Shown here: one piece after another, positions 1 to 11,035 of the stretch
Numbering within the stretch: the first letter of the stretch is position 1
Layout of the letters: the number at the start of each line of letters is the position of its first letter
From: Ruminococcaceae bacterium UBA1734
GTDB taxonomy: Bacteria; Bacillota; Clostridia; Oscillospirales; Acutalibacteraceae
DNA: 64,000 bases
Assembly: GCA_002315765.1 (NCBI GenBank)
Contig: DCIE01000070.1
Location: 14,628 to 78,627, forward strand
Reading direction: 5' to 3'
Translations under genes and position numbers: made by a program
The notes under the pieces: generated by a model
Databases searched by the model: none
Told to the model about the DNA's origin: nothing
What the model saw: only the letters and a program-made list of their open reading frames with translations

Positions 1-872
1 CCTAAAACCTTTTTCGGTAAGGGAAGGTCAAGTGCCATTAAAATTATAGGCCAATAAATGGTATGGAACCGAACAATGTCTTTACCGATAACATGAAGGT
101 CGGCAGGCCAAAGCTTATTAAACAAATCGTTGTTATTTTCGCAGTCAAAACCAACACCGGTAATGTAGTTTGATAGGGCATCAATCCAAACATAAACCAC
201 ATGGTCCGGGTCAAAATCAACCGGAATACCCCATTTAAAGGTAGAACGGGAAACGCAAAGGTCGGAAAGTCCCGGTTTAATAAAATTGTTAATCATTTCG
301 TTTCTACGGGCAACAGGTTGAATAAAATCGGGATTATCCTCGTAGAATTTTTCGAGTTTTTCCTGATATTTGCTTAATTTTAAGAAATAGGCTTCTTCCT
401 GTGCGTCGATACATTCTCGTCCGCAATCAGGACATTTTCCGTCAACTAACTGTGAAGATGTGAAAAAAGACTCGCAGGGAACACAGTACTTACCGTTGTA
501 TTTTCCCTTATAAATATCTCCCTGCTCGTATAATTTTTTAAATATCTTTTGAATGGTCTTTTCGTGGTAATCATCGGTTGTACGGATGAATTTATCATAC
601 TTTGTATTTAAGGAGTCCCAAACCGCTTTAATTTCAGCCGAAACATTATCAACATACTCTTTGGGAGAAATACCTGCATTGTTTGCATATTCTTCGATTT
701 TTTGTCCGTGTTCGTCCGAACCGGTCATAAAATACACATCATAACCGCACATTTTTTTATACCGTGCAATCATATCGGCTAAAACGATATCGTAAGCATT
801 TCCTATGTGTGGCTTTCTTGATGTATATGCAATAGCAGTAGTAATATAAAACTTTTCTTTGTTTTCTGACAT
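1..872 (-). CDS. metG: methionyl-tRNA synthetase, N-terminal ~290 aa (gene runs off the left edge)
   Basis: Not in the ORF track. Manual minus-strand translation from ATG at 872-870 gives MSENKEKFYITTAIAYTSRKPHIGNAYDIVLADMIARYKKMCGYDVYFMTGSDEHGQKI... It has a HIGH-type motif (PHIGN), Zn knuckles CVPCESF and CPDCG, and ...HVIGKDIVRFHTIYWP. SD cggagg lies 8 nt upstream (881-886). Confidence 0.9.
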   Translation of the reverse strand, partial: MSENKEKFYITTAIAYTSRKPHIGNAYDIVLADMIARYKKMCGYDVYFMTGSDEHGQKIEEYANNAGISPKEYVDNVSAEIKAVWDSLNTKYDKFIRTTDDYHEKTIQKIFKKLYEQGDIYKGKYNGKYCVPCESFFTSSQLVDGKCPDCGRECIDAQEEAYFLKLSKYQEKLEKFYEDNPDFIQPVARRNEMINNFIKPGLSDLCVSRSTFKWGIPVDFDPDHVVYVWIDALSNYITGVGFDCENNNDLFNKLWPADLHVIGKDIVRFHTIYWPIILMALDLPLPKKVL

Positions 873-886
873 TTGATTTTCCTCCG

Positions 887-3652
887 TTAGGGTTTTTTAA
901 ATAAATAAATTATAAGTGATAGGGCTGTAATAACAAGCTCTGAAATCAGCAATAACCCCGATGAGGGAACGCTTGATTTAGAGGCAAAACCCAAATAAAT
1001 AAAGGCGGTTGATAATAGAATAGTGCCTACAATATAAAATACCGAGAAGATTAGATTGGATTTTTTAATTGAAGATGCCGCATTTAAAATATACAAAAGC
1101 GATAAATTGTTTCGTTTAAAGGAAGCCGGTGAAGAAATTCTTTCGGTGGGTGTAACTGCATTTTTAAGCATACTGTTACCTGCGTTAGAAACAATCTTAA
1201 CTGAGTCTTCATATACTCCGAAATAATCGGAAATCATTTCTTCGTTAATATTTTGGTCGCTGTTTGTTAATAAAACAGTAACCCCTAAATTAGTAATATT
1301 CCTCAATTGCTTTGAAATTTCATATATAGGTACATACTCCACAACCAAAAGAGCACAGGCTTTATCAACGGTAGCCAAATATATAGGGAAGCAACCTTTA
1401 TTAAGTATTCGTTTGTCTACCTCCATATCAGGCAAATCAATTCCGTGCGACATCATTAAAGACCTGTTTCCGATAAACAACAGTTCATTGTCAACCCAAC
1501 CGGAAAGTCCCAATCTGTCCTCGTATTTAACCGAGTCGGAATCGGGAATTTGGTAATCCGAAGTAGTTTTTGCGATTTTTTTAAACAAGGGGTGCAAAGG
1601 GCTGTTAACAGCTTCGGTCAGTGAGGTGGCTCTTAAAATAATATCATCAATATTACTGTCCGAAAGAATTTTCAAATCTTTAAGAATTATAGTACCTGCA
1701 GGAAAGATTTCCGAAGTGGAAATTGTAACGGCATTGGTTCTTTCAATCTTTTCGGCAGCCATAGAGCCGTTAATCATTGCCCCAATAGGATTAAGCCTTT
1801 TTGAAGCGTGAAAAGATGATAATGTGTTAATAAAATAAAGACAGGGAAGTGAGAAAATACAAATTATTGCCGTAGCGCAGTAAAATACCGAAATGGTATC
1901 TTTATAATAAATGCTTGAAACAAGACCGATTAAAACCGCAAGTAAAAAAGCAACTAATTGGATTATATAAAACTTTCCGCCGAAAAGTATATTATGGTCG
2001 GAATATTTTACAAAATCGTCAATAAAGTCGGTTTCACGGCAAGCCGCCAACAAAACATCGCTGTCAATAGAATTTTTAGCCATAGCAAAGGTTACCGATT
2101 CATCATCAATAAACGAAAGTGCTTTTTTCTTTATTTTATCCGAGGAGATTTGCTTTAAATTTCCGAGAATTGAAGAATAGCGCCAAAACTGAGATAATGC
2201 TCTGAAAAACAAAATTATTGAGCCTAAAAATATAATGTTATGAACATCTTCCGCATATTCAAGGGAACAATACTTAAGCTGAAGGGCTGATAAAGTAATT
2301 AAGAACACCGAAGAAACTGCTGCGGATAAATCGGCGGTAATATATTTAATCGGCTTGGTAAATATGTTGACAAAAATGCGAAAATTAACAACAATGTTTA
2401 AACATAGGGAAGCAAGACAAATAATCGTGGTTAATTTAATATCGGTCAGAAGTAAATTTGAAAGCGGACTTATAAAAAATATACCCACAGTCAAGACACA
2501 AATCAAAGAAATAACAGAGGCTAAAAAACTGTTTCGCTTTTTAAATGATAACTTTTTAATTAAATGACGAATGGAATTAAAATCCGAGACTTCGTTTTCA
2601 CAAACGATTTCTTCAAATTCGGATTGGTCAAATTCCGAAGTATTGATTTTTTGATTGTTGTTCTTTTCGTCGCCTGAAATATCAAGAATTTTATTAAAGT
2701 CAAATGTGGAAGTGATACTTGCGATGTCATACTTCTTATCCTTAGCGCCGACCGGTGTAAATCTTACCGTTTCATCGGTTGCCGGAGTAATAATATCCTC
2801 TTGGGAAATCTTTTGTTTGTTATCCACATCGGAAATATCGGGAATACTTTCATTGGTAATCTTTTCGGTAATTTCGGAATTTTGTTCCAAAAAGTATTCT
2901 TCAAAAATTTCGTCATCGGATTTTTGTGCTTCTTTTGATTCTTCAACTAATTTTTCAAATTTAATAGGTTCGGCTTCGACAGGATTTTCTTCCTTCGGAA
3001 TATCAATTTTTATGTCCTTGGGTTTATCGGTTTCATCCTGTATAACAATATTATATTTCTTTGAGAGTTTATCGACAGCATCAAATTCGCTGTTTTTTAA
3101 TATATCCGAAACACTTTTAAGCTCGTAAAGCGGTTTTTTATTTGCAGAAACATCATTGCCGTTATCGTCTTTAGTATAAGCTCTGCATCGTTCAAGCAAA
3201 GAAGGTTTGCGGACGGGTTTTTCCGGCTTTTGTATATTTTCCGGAGAAAAGCTTAATTCTTCTGTGTCTTCCGAAATATTGTCGTTTGATATCAAAAAAT
3301 AATTATCGTCCGGCTTATTTTCTTTAGTTTCTTGTTCTGCAATGGTAGACGGTTCAGGGGTGTTTTGAGGTTCGCTTTGCTCGTCATAAACAACATTTTC
3401 TTTTGATGCTTCGCCGTCTTTTGACACCTTTTTAATTATTGAGTCAAGAGGTGAGTCGGTATTTTCGTTATCATCTTTTTTATCTTTATTTTCAATATTA
3501 AAAGCAGTTTTAAGATATTCAATTCTATCGGAATCCTGACGGGAAAAGTCGCTTAATTTCATAAAGGACTCTTCACGGGATTTTTGAACATCTTCTTCCA
3601 AGCTTTGAAAAAATTCATCTTTATTCTTTTTGTCTTTTGAAAAAAGTCCCAT
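887..3652 (-). CDS. membrane protein with a degenerate (apparently catalytically dead) P1B-type ATPase-like core and a ~370-aa acidic low-complexity N-terminus
   Basis: 921-aa ORF. The N-terminal third is D/E/K/N-rich with no TM. The C-terminal ~550 aa have a heavy-metal-pump layout, but the motifs are degraded: CPC->LPC, DKTGT->STSEI, SEHPL->SPLHPL, MLTGD->LLTNSD, and no TGE or GDGxND. It is packed 14-21 nt from metG and rlmB. Confidence 0.6.
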   Translation of the reverse strand: MGLFSKDKKNKDEFFQSLEEDVQKSREESFMKLSDFSRQDSDRIEYLKTAFNIENKDKKDDNENTDSPLDSIIKKVSKDGEASKENVVYDEQSEPQNTPEPSTIAEQETKENKPDDNYFLISNDNISEDTEELSFSPENIQKPEKPVRKPSLLERCRAYTKDDNGNDVSANKKPLYELKSVSDILKNSEFDAVDKLSKKYNIVIQDETDKPKDIKIDIPKEENPVEAEPIKFEKLVEESKEAQKSDDEIFEEYFLEQNSEITEKITNESIPDISDVDNKQKISQEDIITPATDETVRFTPVGAKDKKYDIASITSTFDFNKILDISGDEKNNNQKINTSEFDQSEFEEIVCENEVSDFNSIRHLIKKLSFKKRNSFLASVISLICVLTVGIFFISPLSNLLLTDIKLTTIICLASLCLNIVVNFRIFVNIFTKPIKYITADLSAAVSSVFLITLSALQLKYCSLEYAEDVHNIIFLGSIILFFRALSQFWRYSSILGNLKQISSDKIKKKALSFIDDESVTFAMAKNSIDSDVLLAACRETDFIDDFVKYSDHNILFGGKFYIIQLVAFLLAVLIGLVSSIYYKDTISVFYCATAIICIFSLPCLYFINTLSSFHASKRLNPIGAMINGSMAAEKIERTNAVTISTSEIFPAGTIILKDLKILSDSNIDDIILRATSLTEAVNSPLHPLFKKIAKTTSDYQIPDSDSVKYEDRLGLSGWVDNELLFIGNRSLMMSHGIDLPDMEVDKRILNKGCFPIYLATVDKACALLVVEYVPIYEISKQLRNITNLGVTVLLTNSDQNINEEMISDYFGVYEDSVKIVSNAGNSMLKNAVTPTERISSPASFKRNNLSLLYILNAASSIKKSNLIFSVFYIVGTILLSTAFIYLGFASKSSVPSSGLLLISELVITALSLIIYLFKKP

Positions 3653-3673
3653 AATTTTTCCCCATAAGTTATT

Positions 3674-4423
3674 TTATCTTGATTTAATTACTTCATACAT
3701 TAATATTCCGGCGGCAACAGAAGCGTTCAGCGAATTAATCTTACCCTTCATAGGAAGACTGATTATTTCATCACATTTTTTAGCAGTAAGGGTACCGATA
3801 CCTTTTCCTTCGTTACCGATAACAATAGCAACCGGAACGGAATAATCAAAGTCCCTGTAATCCTTGCCGTCCATATCGGCTCCGAAAACCCAAACCCCGT
3901 TTTCTTTAAGCATATCAATGGTATTGGCAATATTGGTAACACGAGCCACCCTCATATATTCAAGGGCGCCAACCGAAGTTTTGGCAACTGTTGAATTAAG
4001 TGATGCGGAACGGCGCTTCGGAATAATAATTCCGTGAACCTTACACGCCTCGGCAGTTCTTATTATGGCGCCTAAATTATGTGGGTCCTCAATTTCATCA
4101 CAAATAATAATAAAAGGTGCTTCATTTTCGGATTTTGCATAATCCAAAATATCCTCAACCGTTGAATATTCGTGAGATGCGACCATAACGGCAACACCCT
4201 GATGATTTCCGCCGCTGCAATAATAATCCATTTTTGCTTGGGCAATTTCCTTAATTAAAATGCCCCTTTTAGAACATTTTGCAATAATTTCGGAAATAGA
4301 ATTACTGTGGGTACCGTGTACCACATACAATCGGTCAATTTCTCTACCTGATTTCAGCACCTCAAGTACAGAATTTCTACCGTAAATTACATTTGATTCA
4401 TTTTGATTGTTGTTTTCTGTCAA
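3674..4423 (-). CDS. rlmB: 23S rRNA (guanosine-2'-O)-methyltransferase, TrmH/SpoU family (RlmB-like)
   Basis: 249 aa with a TTG start and GGAGAT SD. N-terminal substrate-binding region YGRNSVLEVLKSGREIDRLYV. SpoU motifs IICDEIEDPHNLGAIIRTA and VIGNEGKGI...SLNASVAAGILMYE. Confidence 0.85.
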   Translation of the reverse strand: MTENNNQNESNVIYGRNSVLEVLKSGREIDRLYVVHGTHSNSISEIIAKCSKRGILIKEIAQAKMDYYCSGGNHQGVAVMVASHEYSTVEDILDYAKSENEAPFIIICDEIEDPHNLGAIIRTAEACKVHGIIIPKRRSASLNSTVAKTSVGALEYMRVARVTNIANTIDMLKENGVWVFGADMDGKDYRDFDYSVPVAIVIGNEGKGIGTLTAKKCDEIISLPMKGKINSLNASVAAGILMYEVIKSR

Positions 4424-4464
4424 TTTTGTTAATCTCCGTTTTTTTGAACATAATAATACAGTAA

Positions 4465-5763
<1,299 letters not shown>

Positions 5764-5791
5764 CAATTTAATGCTAAAATATTAAAGTAAT

Positions 5792-5820
5792 GGGGTTGCA
5801 CATTGCAATCCCTATTTTTA
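5792..5820 (+). terminator. intrinsic terminator after eno
   Basis: ggggttgca-cat-tgcaatccc gives a 9-bp stem (one G-U), followed by tattttta. Confidence 0.55.
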
Positions 5821-5829
5821 TGCAAAGAA

Positions 5830-7221
5830 GTGATATTTTTGTCTGAGAAGATTTTTGACACGGTTATTATCGGAGGCGGTATAGGCGGACTTATGGCGGC
5901 ATACCGTTTGAGAAATTTGGCTCCGGATATGAAAATCGCCATTACCGAAAGAGGAAACTCTTTAAAAGACAGGATTTGTCCTGCCGGTAAAGAGAAAACC
6001 TGCGTACATTGTAAAATTTGCAGTATTACAAGCGGTTTTGCCGGTGCAGGAGCATTTTCCGACGGTAAATTTAATTTAGGTACTGCCTACGGCGGAACCT
6101 TGGGTGAAGAATTAGGCGACGATATTGCCAATAAATATATTGATGAGGTTGACAATGTTTTAAATAAGTATTGTACCTCGGGAATACCAAAGGTTTATAA
6201 ATCAAATGACGAGCTTCGCCTTAAATGTATTCAAAACAATTTAAGACTCCTTGATATGAATGTTAAGCATTTGGGTACCGATAACAATTTTGCCACAATG
6301 CAAAATTTGATTGATGCAATAACGGCTTCGGGAACCGAGTTGTTTCCGTTTTACGATTGTACAAGCGTTTCAAAAGAAAATGATTATTACATATTAAATT
6401 ATATAAACGGCGAAGTTTTAAAGGCAAAGAATATTATTATTGCCACAGGTCGTTCCGGTGCCAATTTTGTTTCTGACTTTTGCAAGGCGTTTAATGTTCC
6501 TATGAAGTCAAACCATATTGATATCGGTGTAAGAGTGGAAATGAAGGACATTATTTGGAGAGAATTTTCTTCAAAGATTTATGAGCCTAAAATTCTTTAT
6601 AAAACAAAAACCTTCGAAGACAGATGCCGTATGTTCTGTTTCAATCAAGGCGGACTTGTTTCGGCTGAAAACAATCACGGAATAATTACCGCAAACGGTC
6701 ATTCCTTTGCCCAAAGTGAAAAGAAAACCGATAACTGTAATTTTGCGATACTTTCAAGTATTCGTTTTACCGAGCCTTTTAATCAGCCTACCGAATATGC
6801 CGAGAATATTTCAAGACTTGCAAATATGATTGGTAACGGTAATGTTATTGTACAAAGATTCGGCGACCTGATTCGCGGAAGAAGAACAAACGACCACCGT
6901 TTAGGTCAAAATACCGTTGTTCCCACCCTTAAAGCAACGGCAGGAGATATTTCTTTGGTTTTGCCCCATAGAATACTTTCAAACATTATTGAAACAATAT
7001 ATGCATTAGACAAGGTAGCCCCCGGAACTGCCAATGATGATACCTTGTTATACGGCTGTGAAAGTAAGTATTATTCCATAAGACCTGTATTTAAAAACAA
7101 TAAATTTGAACTTATTGACAATGTTTATATTATCGGAGACGGCAGCGGTATTTGTCGTGGACTGTCCCAATCAGGCGCTATGGGTATATATGTTGCTGAT
7201 TGTATAGTGGGCGACAACTAA
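5830..7221 (+). CDS. FAD-dependent protein (COG2509-type NAD(FAD)-utilising dehydrogenase)
   Basis: Rossmann motif DTVIIGGGIGGLMAA near the N-terminus, and ...IIATGRSG...YIIGDGSG. The track start at 5803 lies inside the eno terminator hairpin, so GTG 5830 (or TTG 5839) is more plausible. The start remains uncertain. Confidence 0.7.
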   Translation: MIFLSEKIFDTVIIGGGIGGLMAAYRLRNLAPDMKIAITERGNSLKDRICPAGKEKTCVHCKICSITSGFAGAGAFSDGKFNLGTAYGGTLGEELGDDIANKYIDEVDNVLNKYCTSGIPKVYKSNDELRLKCIQNNLRLLDMNVKHLGTDNNFATMQNLIDAITASGTELFPFYDCTSVSKENDYYILNYINGEVLKAKNIIIATGRSGANFVSDFCKAFNVPMKSNHIDIGVRVEMKDIIWREFSSKIYEPKILYKTKTFEDRCRMFCFNQGGLVSAENNHGIITANGHSFAQSEKKTDNCNFAILSSIRFTEPFNQPTEYAENISRLANMIGNGNVIVQRFGDLIRGRRTNDHRLGQNTVVPTLKATAGDISLVLPHRILSNIIETIYALDKVAPGTANDDTLLYGCESKYYSIRPVFKNNKFELIDNVYIIGDGSGICRGLSQSGAMGIYVADCIVGDN

Positions 7222-7307
7222 ATATTGTGCTTTTTGCAATAAAATTCCAACGCCTTTTATTAATAATTGATAATTTTCACAAATATATATTTTGTCGTTT
7301 TTTTGTG

Positions 7308-7336
7308 TTGACAAAATGTTTAGTTTATGTTAATAT
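7308..7336 (+). promoter_or_regulatory. sigma-A type promoter of the xpt/ABC operon
   Basis: TTGACA (7308-7313), 17-nt spacer, TAATAT (7331-7336). Confidence 0.6.
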
Positions 7337-7362
7337 TCAAGTGTCGAAAATTTAATATGCTT

Positions 7363-7428
7363 GCCGATATATGTATGGATAAATGGCCCATTCGTTTCTA
7401 CCACAACGCCACAGTTGTGACTATTGGC
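7363..7428 (+). promoter_or_regulatory. purine riboswitch aptamer, guanine/xanthine class (C at the specificity position)
   Basis: Aligns without gaps to the B. subtilis xpt G-box. P1 is GCCGAUA/UAUUGGC. The L2 region AUAAAUGG, J2/3 UUUCUACC, P3 ACAAC/GUUGU with a CC-containing loop, and J3/1 GACU (C, not U) all fit. It sits directly upstream of xpt. Confidence 0.85.
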
Positions 7429-7474
7429 TTTAACATCATTTTTATTTTATTAATGGTGTAGTTTTACTATTTCT

Positions 7475-7515
7475 GCAGGCTTTATATTTTTTAAAGTCTG
7501 CTTTTTTGTTTTTTC
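7475..7515 (+). terminator. riboswitch expression-platform terminator
   Basis: gcaggcttta/taaagtctgc 10-bp stem (one G-U) followed by TTTTTTGTTTTTT, 10 nt before the xpt start. Confidence 0.8.
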
Positions 7516-7525
7516 GGAGGAAAGT

Positions 7526-8101
7526 ATGAAAGCTCTTGAAAATAAAATTTTATCCGACGGTGTCGTTCTTGAGGGAAATGTTCTTAAAGTAGGTTCCTTT
7601 TTAAATCAACAGCTTGATGTAGATTTCATTATGGAGATGGGCGAAGAAATTTCCCGTATATATAATAATGACGGTGCAACAAAGATTTTAACGGTTGAAT
7701 CTTCCGGTATTCCTATTGCTTTTGCTGCCGGTGTTAAGATAGGCTGTCCTGTTGTTTTTGCTAAAAAGAATAAATCGGCAAATGTTTCGGGAGATGTATT
7801 TTGTTCTTCGGTTTATTCCTTTACTCACAAGACAACAAATAATATTATTGTTGCCAAAGAGTTTTTGTCCTCGGATGACAGAGTGATAATTGTTGACGAT
7901 TTTCTTGCAAACGGTAAGGCTTTGATTGGTCTTATTGATATAGTTAAACAGGCAGGTGCTACATTAATCGGTTGCACTTGTGCTATTGAAAAGGGATTTC
8001 AGCACGGCGGAGATGAACTTCGCAAACAGGGCATAAGGGTTGAATCTCTTGCAATTGTGGAAGAAATGAATTCTTCCGGTATTTATTTCAGATGTAATTA
8101 A
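7526..8101 (+). CDS. xpt: xanthine phosphoribosyltransferase
   Basis: 191 aa. MKALENKILSDGVVLEGNVLKVGSFLNQQLD... and the PRPP-binding loop VIIVDDFLANGKA. The guanine riboswitch lies upstream. Confidence 0.9.
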   Translation: MKALENKILSDGVVLEGNVLKVGSFLNQQLDVDFIMEMGEEISRIYNNDGATKILTVESSGIPIAFAAGVKIGCPVVFAKKNKSANVSGDVFCSSVYSFTHKTTNNIIVAKEFLSSDDRVIIVDDFLANGKALIGLIDIVKQAGATLIGCTCAIEKGFQHGGDELRKQGIRVESLAIVEEMNSSGIYFRCN

Positions 8102-8140
8102 AAATTACATAAATTTAAAAAATTTTTGGGGGAAACAAAA

Positions 8141-9361
8141 ATGAAAAAGTTATTGGCACTTGTACTCGCTTTAGTAATGATTATGTCATTTGCTGCTTGC
8201 GGTACCGAAAAATCAGGAGATTCTAACAGCTCCGGCAATCTTTCAAACCTTAAAGTTGGTATGATTACTCTTCACGACGATTCTTCAACCTACGATAAGA
8301 ACTTTATCGAGGCTATGTATCGTGCTCTTGACAACCTTGGTATGAGCAAAGACCAACTTGTTCTTTATACCGGTGTTGCTGAAACAGAAGACTGCTACAA
8401 CAAGGCTAAAGAATGTGTTAATCAGGGTTGTAAGGTTGTATTCGGTGATTCATTCGGTCATGAAGATTATTTAATTCAGGCTGCCGGTGAATTTTCCGAT
8501 GTAAAGTTCTGCCACGCAACAGGTACTAAGGCTCACACAGCCGGTCTTGATAACTTCTCAAATGCTTTTGCTTCTATTTATGAAGGCCGTTATGCTGCAG
8601 GTATTGCCGCAGGTATGAAGCTTAATGAAATGATTAAGGCAGGTACAATTACTGCTGACAAGGCTCTTATGGGTTATGTTGGTGCTTATACTTATGCTGA
8701 GGTTATGTCAGGTTACTCTGCTTTCTATCTCGGTGCTAAATCAGTTTGCCCAACCGTTAAGATGAATGTTAAGTTCACAGGTTCTTGGTATGATTACGAT
8801 AAGGAAAAGGCTGCTGCCGAATCTTTAATCACCGGCGGATGCGTTCTTATTTCTCAACATGCTGACTCTTACGGTGCTCCTGAAGCTTGTGAAGCTGTCG
8901 GTGTTCCGAATGTTTCTTACAACGGTTCAACAAAGGATGTAGGTCCAAAGACATACATTGTTTCTTCCAAAATTGACTGGACTCCTTACTTTGAGTATAT
9001 GATTAATTGCACTGCCGAAGGCAAGACAATTGATAAGGACTGGACAGGTACTGTTGAGACAGGTTCTGTTAAGTTACTTGAAGTTAATACAGATGTTGCC
9101 GCAGAAGGAACACAAGAGGCTATTGATAAGGCTCTTGCTGATTTCAAGGCAGGTACTCTTAAGGTATTTGATACTTCTACATTTACTGTTGGCGGCAAGA
9201 CACTTGATTCTTACACCGCTGATGTTAATTCGGACGAGAAGTTTGAACCTGATACCGAGGTTGTTGCTAACGGTGTATTTGAGGAATCAAAGTACCGTTC
9301 CGCTCCTTACTTCAATGTTGAAGTTGACGGTATCACATTGTTAGACCGTAACTACGGCTGA
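8141..9361 (+). CDS. BMP-family (PnrA/Med-like) ABC substrate-binding lipoprotein, probable purine nucleoside binding
   Basis: Start moved to ATG 8141 (MKKLLALVLALVMIMSFAACG, lipobox FAAC). Strongly biased, high-expression-type codon usage (AAG, GGT, GCT, GTT, CTT, TAC). Confidence 0.8.
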   Translation: MKKLLALVLALVMIMSFAACGTEKSGDSNSSGNLSNLKVGMITLHDDSSTYDKNFIEAMYRALDNLGMSKDQLVLYTGVAETEDCYNKAKECVNQGCKVVFGDSFGHEDYLIQAAGEFSDVKFCHATGTKAHTAGLDNFSNAFASIYEGRYAAGIAAGMKLNEMIKAGTITADKALMGYVGAYTYAEVMSGYSAFYLGAKSVCPTVKMNVKFTGSWYDYDKEKAAAESLITGGCVLISQHADSYGAPEACEAVGVPNVSYNGSTKDVGPKTYIVSSKIDWTPYFEYMINCTAEGKTIDKDWTGTVETGSVKLLEVNTDVAAEGTQEAIDKALADFKAGTLKVFDTSTFTVGGKTLDSYTADVNSDEKFEPDTEVVANGVFEESKYRSAPYFNVEVDGITLLDRNYG

Positions 9362-9383
9362 TAAATAATTTATATTTTTCGGT

Positions 9384-9405
9384 AAAGCGGGCGAAAACCC
9401 GCTTT
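9384..9405 (+). terminator. intra-operon stem-loop after the binding-protein gene (partial terminator or mRNA stabiliser)
   Basis: aaagcggg-cgaaaa-cccgcttt perfect 8-bp stem, then gctgttttc. Confidence 0.5.
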
Positions 9406-9436
9406 GCTGTTTTCTATTATAATAAAGGAGTTTTGT

Positions 9437-11035
9437 ATGGAAAAGAATAATATTGCGCTTGAACTCCGTAATATCACAAAACGATTCGGAACGAAGGTCG
9501 TTGCTAATAAAAATGTGTCTTTGACACTTTATAAAAATGAAATTCTTTCCTTGCTCGGTGAGAACGGTTCCGGAAAAACAACACTTATGAATATGATTTC
9601 CGGTATATATTTTCCGGACGAGGGCGAGATTTTAATTGACGGAAAACCTGCTGTAATTGCTTCTCCGAAGGATGCTTATAATTACAAGATAGGTATGATA
9701 CATCAGCATTTCAAACTTGTTGACACTTTTACGGCTGCCGAGAACATTATTTTAGGAAATAACGAGCCGTATAATCTTAAAGTAGTAAATTCCCGTGTTA
9801 AAGAAATTGCTTCTAAATACGGTTTTGATATTGAACCTAAAAAGAAAATTCACGAAATGTCGGTTTCGGAAAAGCAGACTGTTGAGATTATTAAGGTTTT
9901 GTATCGTGGTGCCGATATACTAATTCTTGACGAACCTACCGCTGTTTTGACTCCACAGGAAATCGACAAGTTGTTCACCATTCTTCGCAAAATGCGTAAT
10001 GACGGTAAAGCAATAATCATTATTACACATAAGTTAAACGAAGTTATGTCAATTTCAGATAGGGTTTCGGTACTTAGAAAAGGTGAATACATAGGCACGG
10101 TTAATACCTGCGATACCTCCGAAAAAGACCTTACCGAAATGATGGTCGGCAAAAAGGTTGACCTTAAAATTGACAGAGTGATTATAGAAAAGAAAAAACC
10201 ATTACTTGAAATCCGTGATTTAACCGTAAATTCCGATATAGGAAGCAAGGCAATAAAAAATGTAAATTTCTATATCAGAGGCGGAGAAATCCTCGGTGTT
10301 GCGGGTATTTCCGGTTGCGGACAAAAGGAATTGTGCGAGGCTATTGCCGGTCTTCGTCCTATATCTTCCGGCGCTATTATGCACGAGGGTGAATCTATAG
10401 TAGGTATGCCTACTCGTGAGATAATAAACCGTGGAATTTCTATGAGCTTTATCCCTGAGGATAGACTCGGAATGGGACTTGCACCGTCGTTTTCCATGAC
10501 CGATAATATGATGCTCAAAACTTATAACGAAGGAAAAACACCATTTGTAAACAGGGCTGATGCTCGTAAGAGAGCAAAGGAACTTATTAAAAAATTAGGT
10601 ATTGTTACCCCGTCTACCGAAACACCTGTCAGAAGACTTTCGGGCGGTAATGTTCAAAAAATACTTGTCGGCAGAGAAATTGAGTCAAGCCCTAATGTTA
10701 TTATTACGGCTTATCCCGTTCGTGGACTTGATATTAACTCATCATACCAAATTTACGATATTCTTAATGAACAAAAGAAAAAAGGTGTCGGTGTACTTTT
10801 TGTCGGCGAAGACCTTGATGTAATGATTGCACTTTGCGATAAAATTTTGGTATTATGCCACGGAGAGGTTATGGGAGTTGTTCACGCATCTAAGACAACC
10901 AAAGAGGAAATCGGTCTTATGATGACCGGCTCACTTGATAAATCCGAAATTAAAGAGTACGGAAAAGCCAAGGACAGTAACCTTTCTGAAGAACAGTGGA
11001 AAAATGTTGACAAAGAAACGGAGGATGCAGAATGA
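9437..11035 (+). CDS. ABC transporter ATP-binding protein with duplicated ATPase domains (nucleoside/sugar importer type)
   Basis: Start moved to MEKNNIALELRNITKRF. Walker A is GENGSGKTT and the signature is MSVSEKQ/LSGGNVQK. The second Walker A is degenerate (GISGCGQKE), as is typical of this family. Confidence 0.85.
   Translation: MEKNNIALELRNITKRFGTKVVANKNVSLTLYKNEILSLLGENGSGKTTLMNMISGIYFPDEGEILIDGKPAVIASPKDAYNYKIGMIHQHFKLVDTFTAAENIILGNNEPYNLKVVNSRVKEIASKYGFDIEPKKKIHEMSVSEKQTVEIIKVLYRGADILILDEPTAVLTPQEIDKLFTILRKMRNDGKAIIIITHKLNEVMSISDRVSVLRKGEYIGTVNTCDTSEKDLTEMMVGKKVDLKIDRVIIEKKKPLLEIRDLTVNSDIGSKAIKNVNFYIRGGEILGVAGISGCGQKELCEAIAGLRPISSGAIMHEGESIVGMPTREIINRGISMSFIPEDRLGMGLAPSFSMTDNMMLKTYNEGKTPFVNRADARKRAKELIKKLGIVTPSTETPVRRLSGGNVQKILVGREIESSPNVIITAYPVRGLDINSSYQIYDILNEQKKKGVGVLFVGEDLDVMIALCDKILVLCHGEVMGVVHASKTTKEEIGLMMTGSLDKSEIKEYGKAKDSNLSEEQWKNVDKETEDAE

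Noticed and set aside
5803-5829. The track start codon (TTG 5803) of the FAD-dependent protein.
   Set aside because: It lies inside the eno terminator hairpin (5792-5820). A start at GTG 5830 or TTG 5839, a few residues before the GGGIGG Rossmann motif, is more plausible.
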